Positions 63,086 to 64,000 of a stretch of DNA of 64,000 nucleotides are shown here, piece by piece (positions within the stretch are counted from its first letter, which is position 1; each line of letters opens with the position of its first letter). Origin of the DNA: an uncultured delta proteobacterium (GTDB taxonomy: Bacteria; Myxococcota; Kuafuiibacteriia; Kuafuiibacteriales; Kuafuiibacteriaceae); NCBI GenBank assembly GCA_963803435.1, contig CAWDML010000008.1:224001-288000 (forward strand), read 5' to 3'. The translations under genes were made by a program, and so were the position numbers. Below the pieces are notes generated by a model. The model made no database searches. It was given only the letters and a program-made list of their open reading frames with translations, and was not told the origin of the DNA.

Positions 63086-64000
63086 GAGCCGCTCTCTGCA
63101 TCGCCACCGCAGTGGTCGCGATCCTCGCCGGCGGTCCGGCGCGCGCCGCACCGGCCGGCTCGCTCGACGAGCTCCTCAACCAGGTCGAGAAGGGCTACCG
63201 CACCGAGAAGGACGCGATCGACAAGCGCGTCAACGAGTTCGCTGCCTCCAAGGAGCGGCAGAAGGAGCTCTTCCAGAAGGCGTCGGCCGAGCTGGCCGCG
63301 CTGGAGAAGCAGGGCGCGGCCTACGAGGTCGAGTTCACCAAGAACGAGCGCCTCCTCGCCGAGCAGGAGCAGGAGCTCCGCACCCGGCTGGGCAACATGG
63401 GTGAGCTCTTCGGCGTGATCCGCCAGGTCGCCGGCGATGCCCGCGCGAACCTCGACGCCTCCGTCGTCAGCGCCGAGTACCCGAAGCGCGGCGAGATCGT
63501 CGCGCCGCTCGCCGAGAGCGACTCACTGCCGTCCGTCGATCAGCTCGAGAAGCTGTGGTTCATGATGCAGCAGGAGATGACCGCCTCCGGGAAGGTCACC
63601 CGCTTCGAGGCGCCGGTCGTCCTCGCCAACGGCAAGGAGGCGAAGCAGCAGGTCGTCCGCATCGGGGCGTTCAACGTGGCCACCGGCGACAGCTATCTCG
63701 AATGGCTGCCCGACGTCGGCAAGCTCTCCGAGCTCGCGCGGCAGCCTGCGGGTCACATCCGCGCCGAGCTCAAGCATTTCACGCACGCACCGGCCGGCTC
63801 GGGCCTGGTGAAGGTCGCGCTCGATCCGTCCCGCGGTCGCATCCTCAGCCTGCTGGTGGAGACGCCCACGTTCCTCGAGCGGATCGATGAAGGCGGCGTC
63901 ATCGGCTACATCACGATCGTGATCGGCATCCTCGCCGGGATCATCGGCTTCTTCCGGCTCGCGATCCTCACCGTGATCAATGGACGGGTGAAACGCCAGA
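63082..64000 (+). CDS. Large MotA/TolQ/ExbB (TtpC-like) protein, partial
   Basis: Manual translation from ATG 63082 (ATGA overlap): signal, SLDELL, LGNMGELFGVIRQVAGD, VVRIGAFN, DPSRG, GGVIGY TM; open to window end. Confidence 0.85.
   Translation, partial: MRAALCIATAVVAILAGGPARAAPAGSLDELLNQVEKGYRTEKDAIDKRVNEFAASKERQKELFQKASAELAALEKQGAAYEVEFTKNERLLAEQEQELRTRLGNMGELFGVIRQVAGDARANLDASVVSAEYPKRGEIVAPLAESDSLPSVDQLEKLWFMMQQEMTASGKVTRFEAPVVLANGKEAKQQVVRIGAFNVATGDSYLEWLPDVGKLSELARQPAGHIRAELKHFTHAPAGSGLVKVALDPSRGRILSLLVETPTFLERIDEGGVIGYITIVIGILAGIIGFFRLAILTVINGRVKRQ

Overview
High-GC, gene-dense bacterial DNA, most likely Myxococcota (Myxococcus-type PilZ proteins, MYXO-CTERM-like tails, DnaK-like fusion). 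About 60 CDS, including plsX, scoAB, an RlmD-like methyltransferase, miaB, xerD, a DegP/Q protease, mtnA, gatB, a Rieske/cytochrome b-c pair, an HD-GYP response regulator, two ExbB/ExbD-type motor loci, a TetR/P450 pair and many surface proteins. No rRNA, tRNA or CRISPR array was seen. Main observations: (1) a coupled operon of a cation:proton antiporter, a second antiporter fused to a long helical region and a P-loop ATPase, and an MscS channel (42.4-48.8 kb), the best candidate for an uncharacterised system; (2) a GH3 ligase + GNAT-like gene divergent from a fatty-acid hydroxylase and plsX (2.1-6.4 kb); (3) a ~2 kb segment bounded by an exact 23-bp direct repeat that holds a CTAG-flanked, deleted IS1182-like element and a VOC gene (26.6-28.7 kb); (4) signal-peptide-less orphan or enzyme genes starting 7-8 nt after a CCGATAA-like motif; (5) six +1 frameshifts, all in or beside GATC, probably sequencing errors. 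All family assignments come from motifs recognised by eye; no database search was run.
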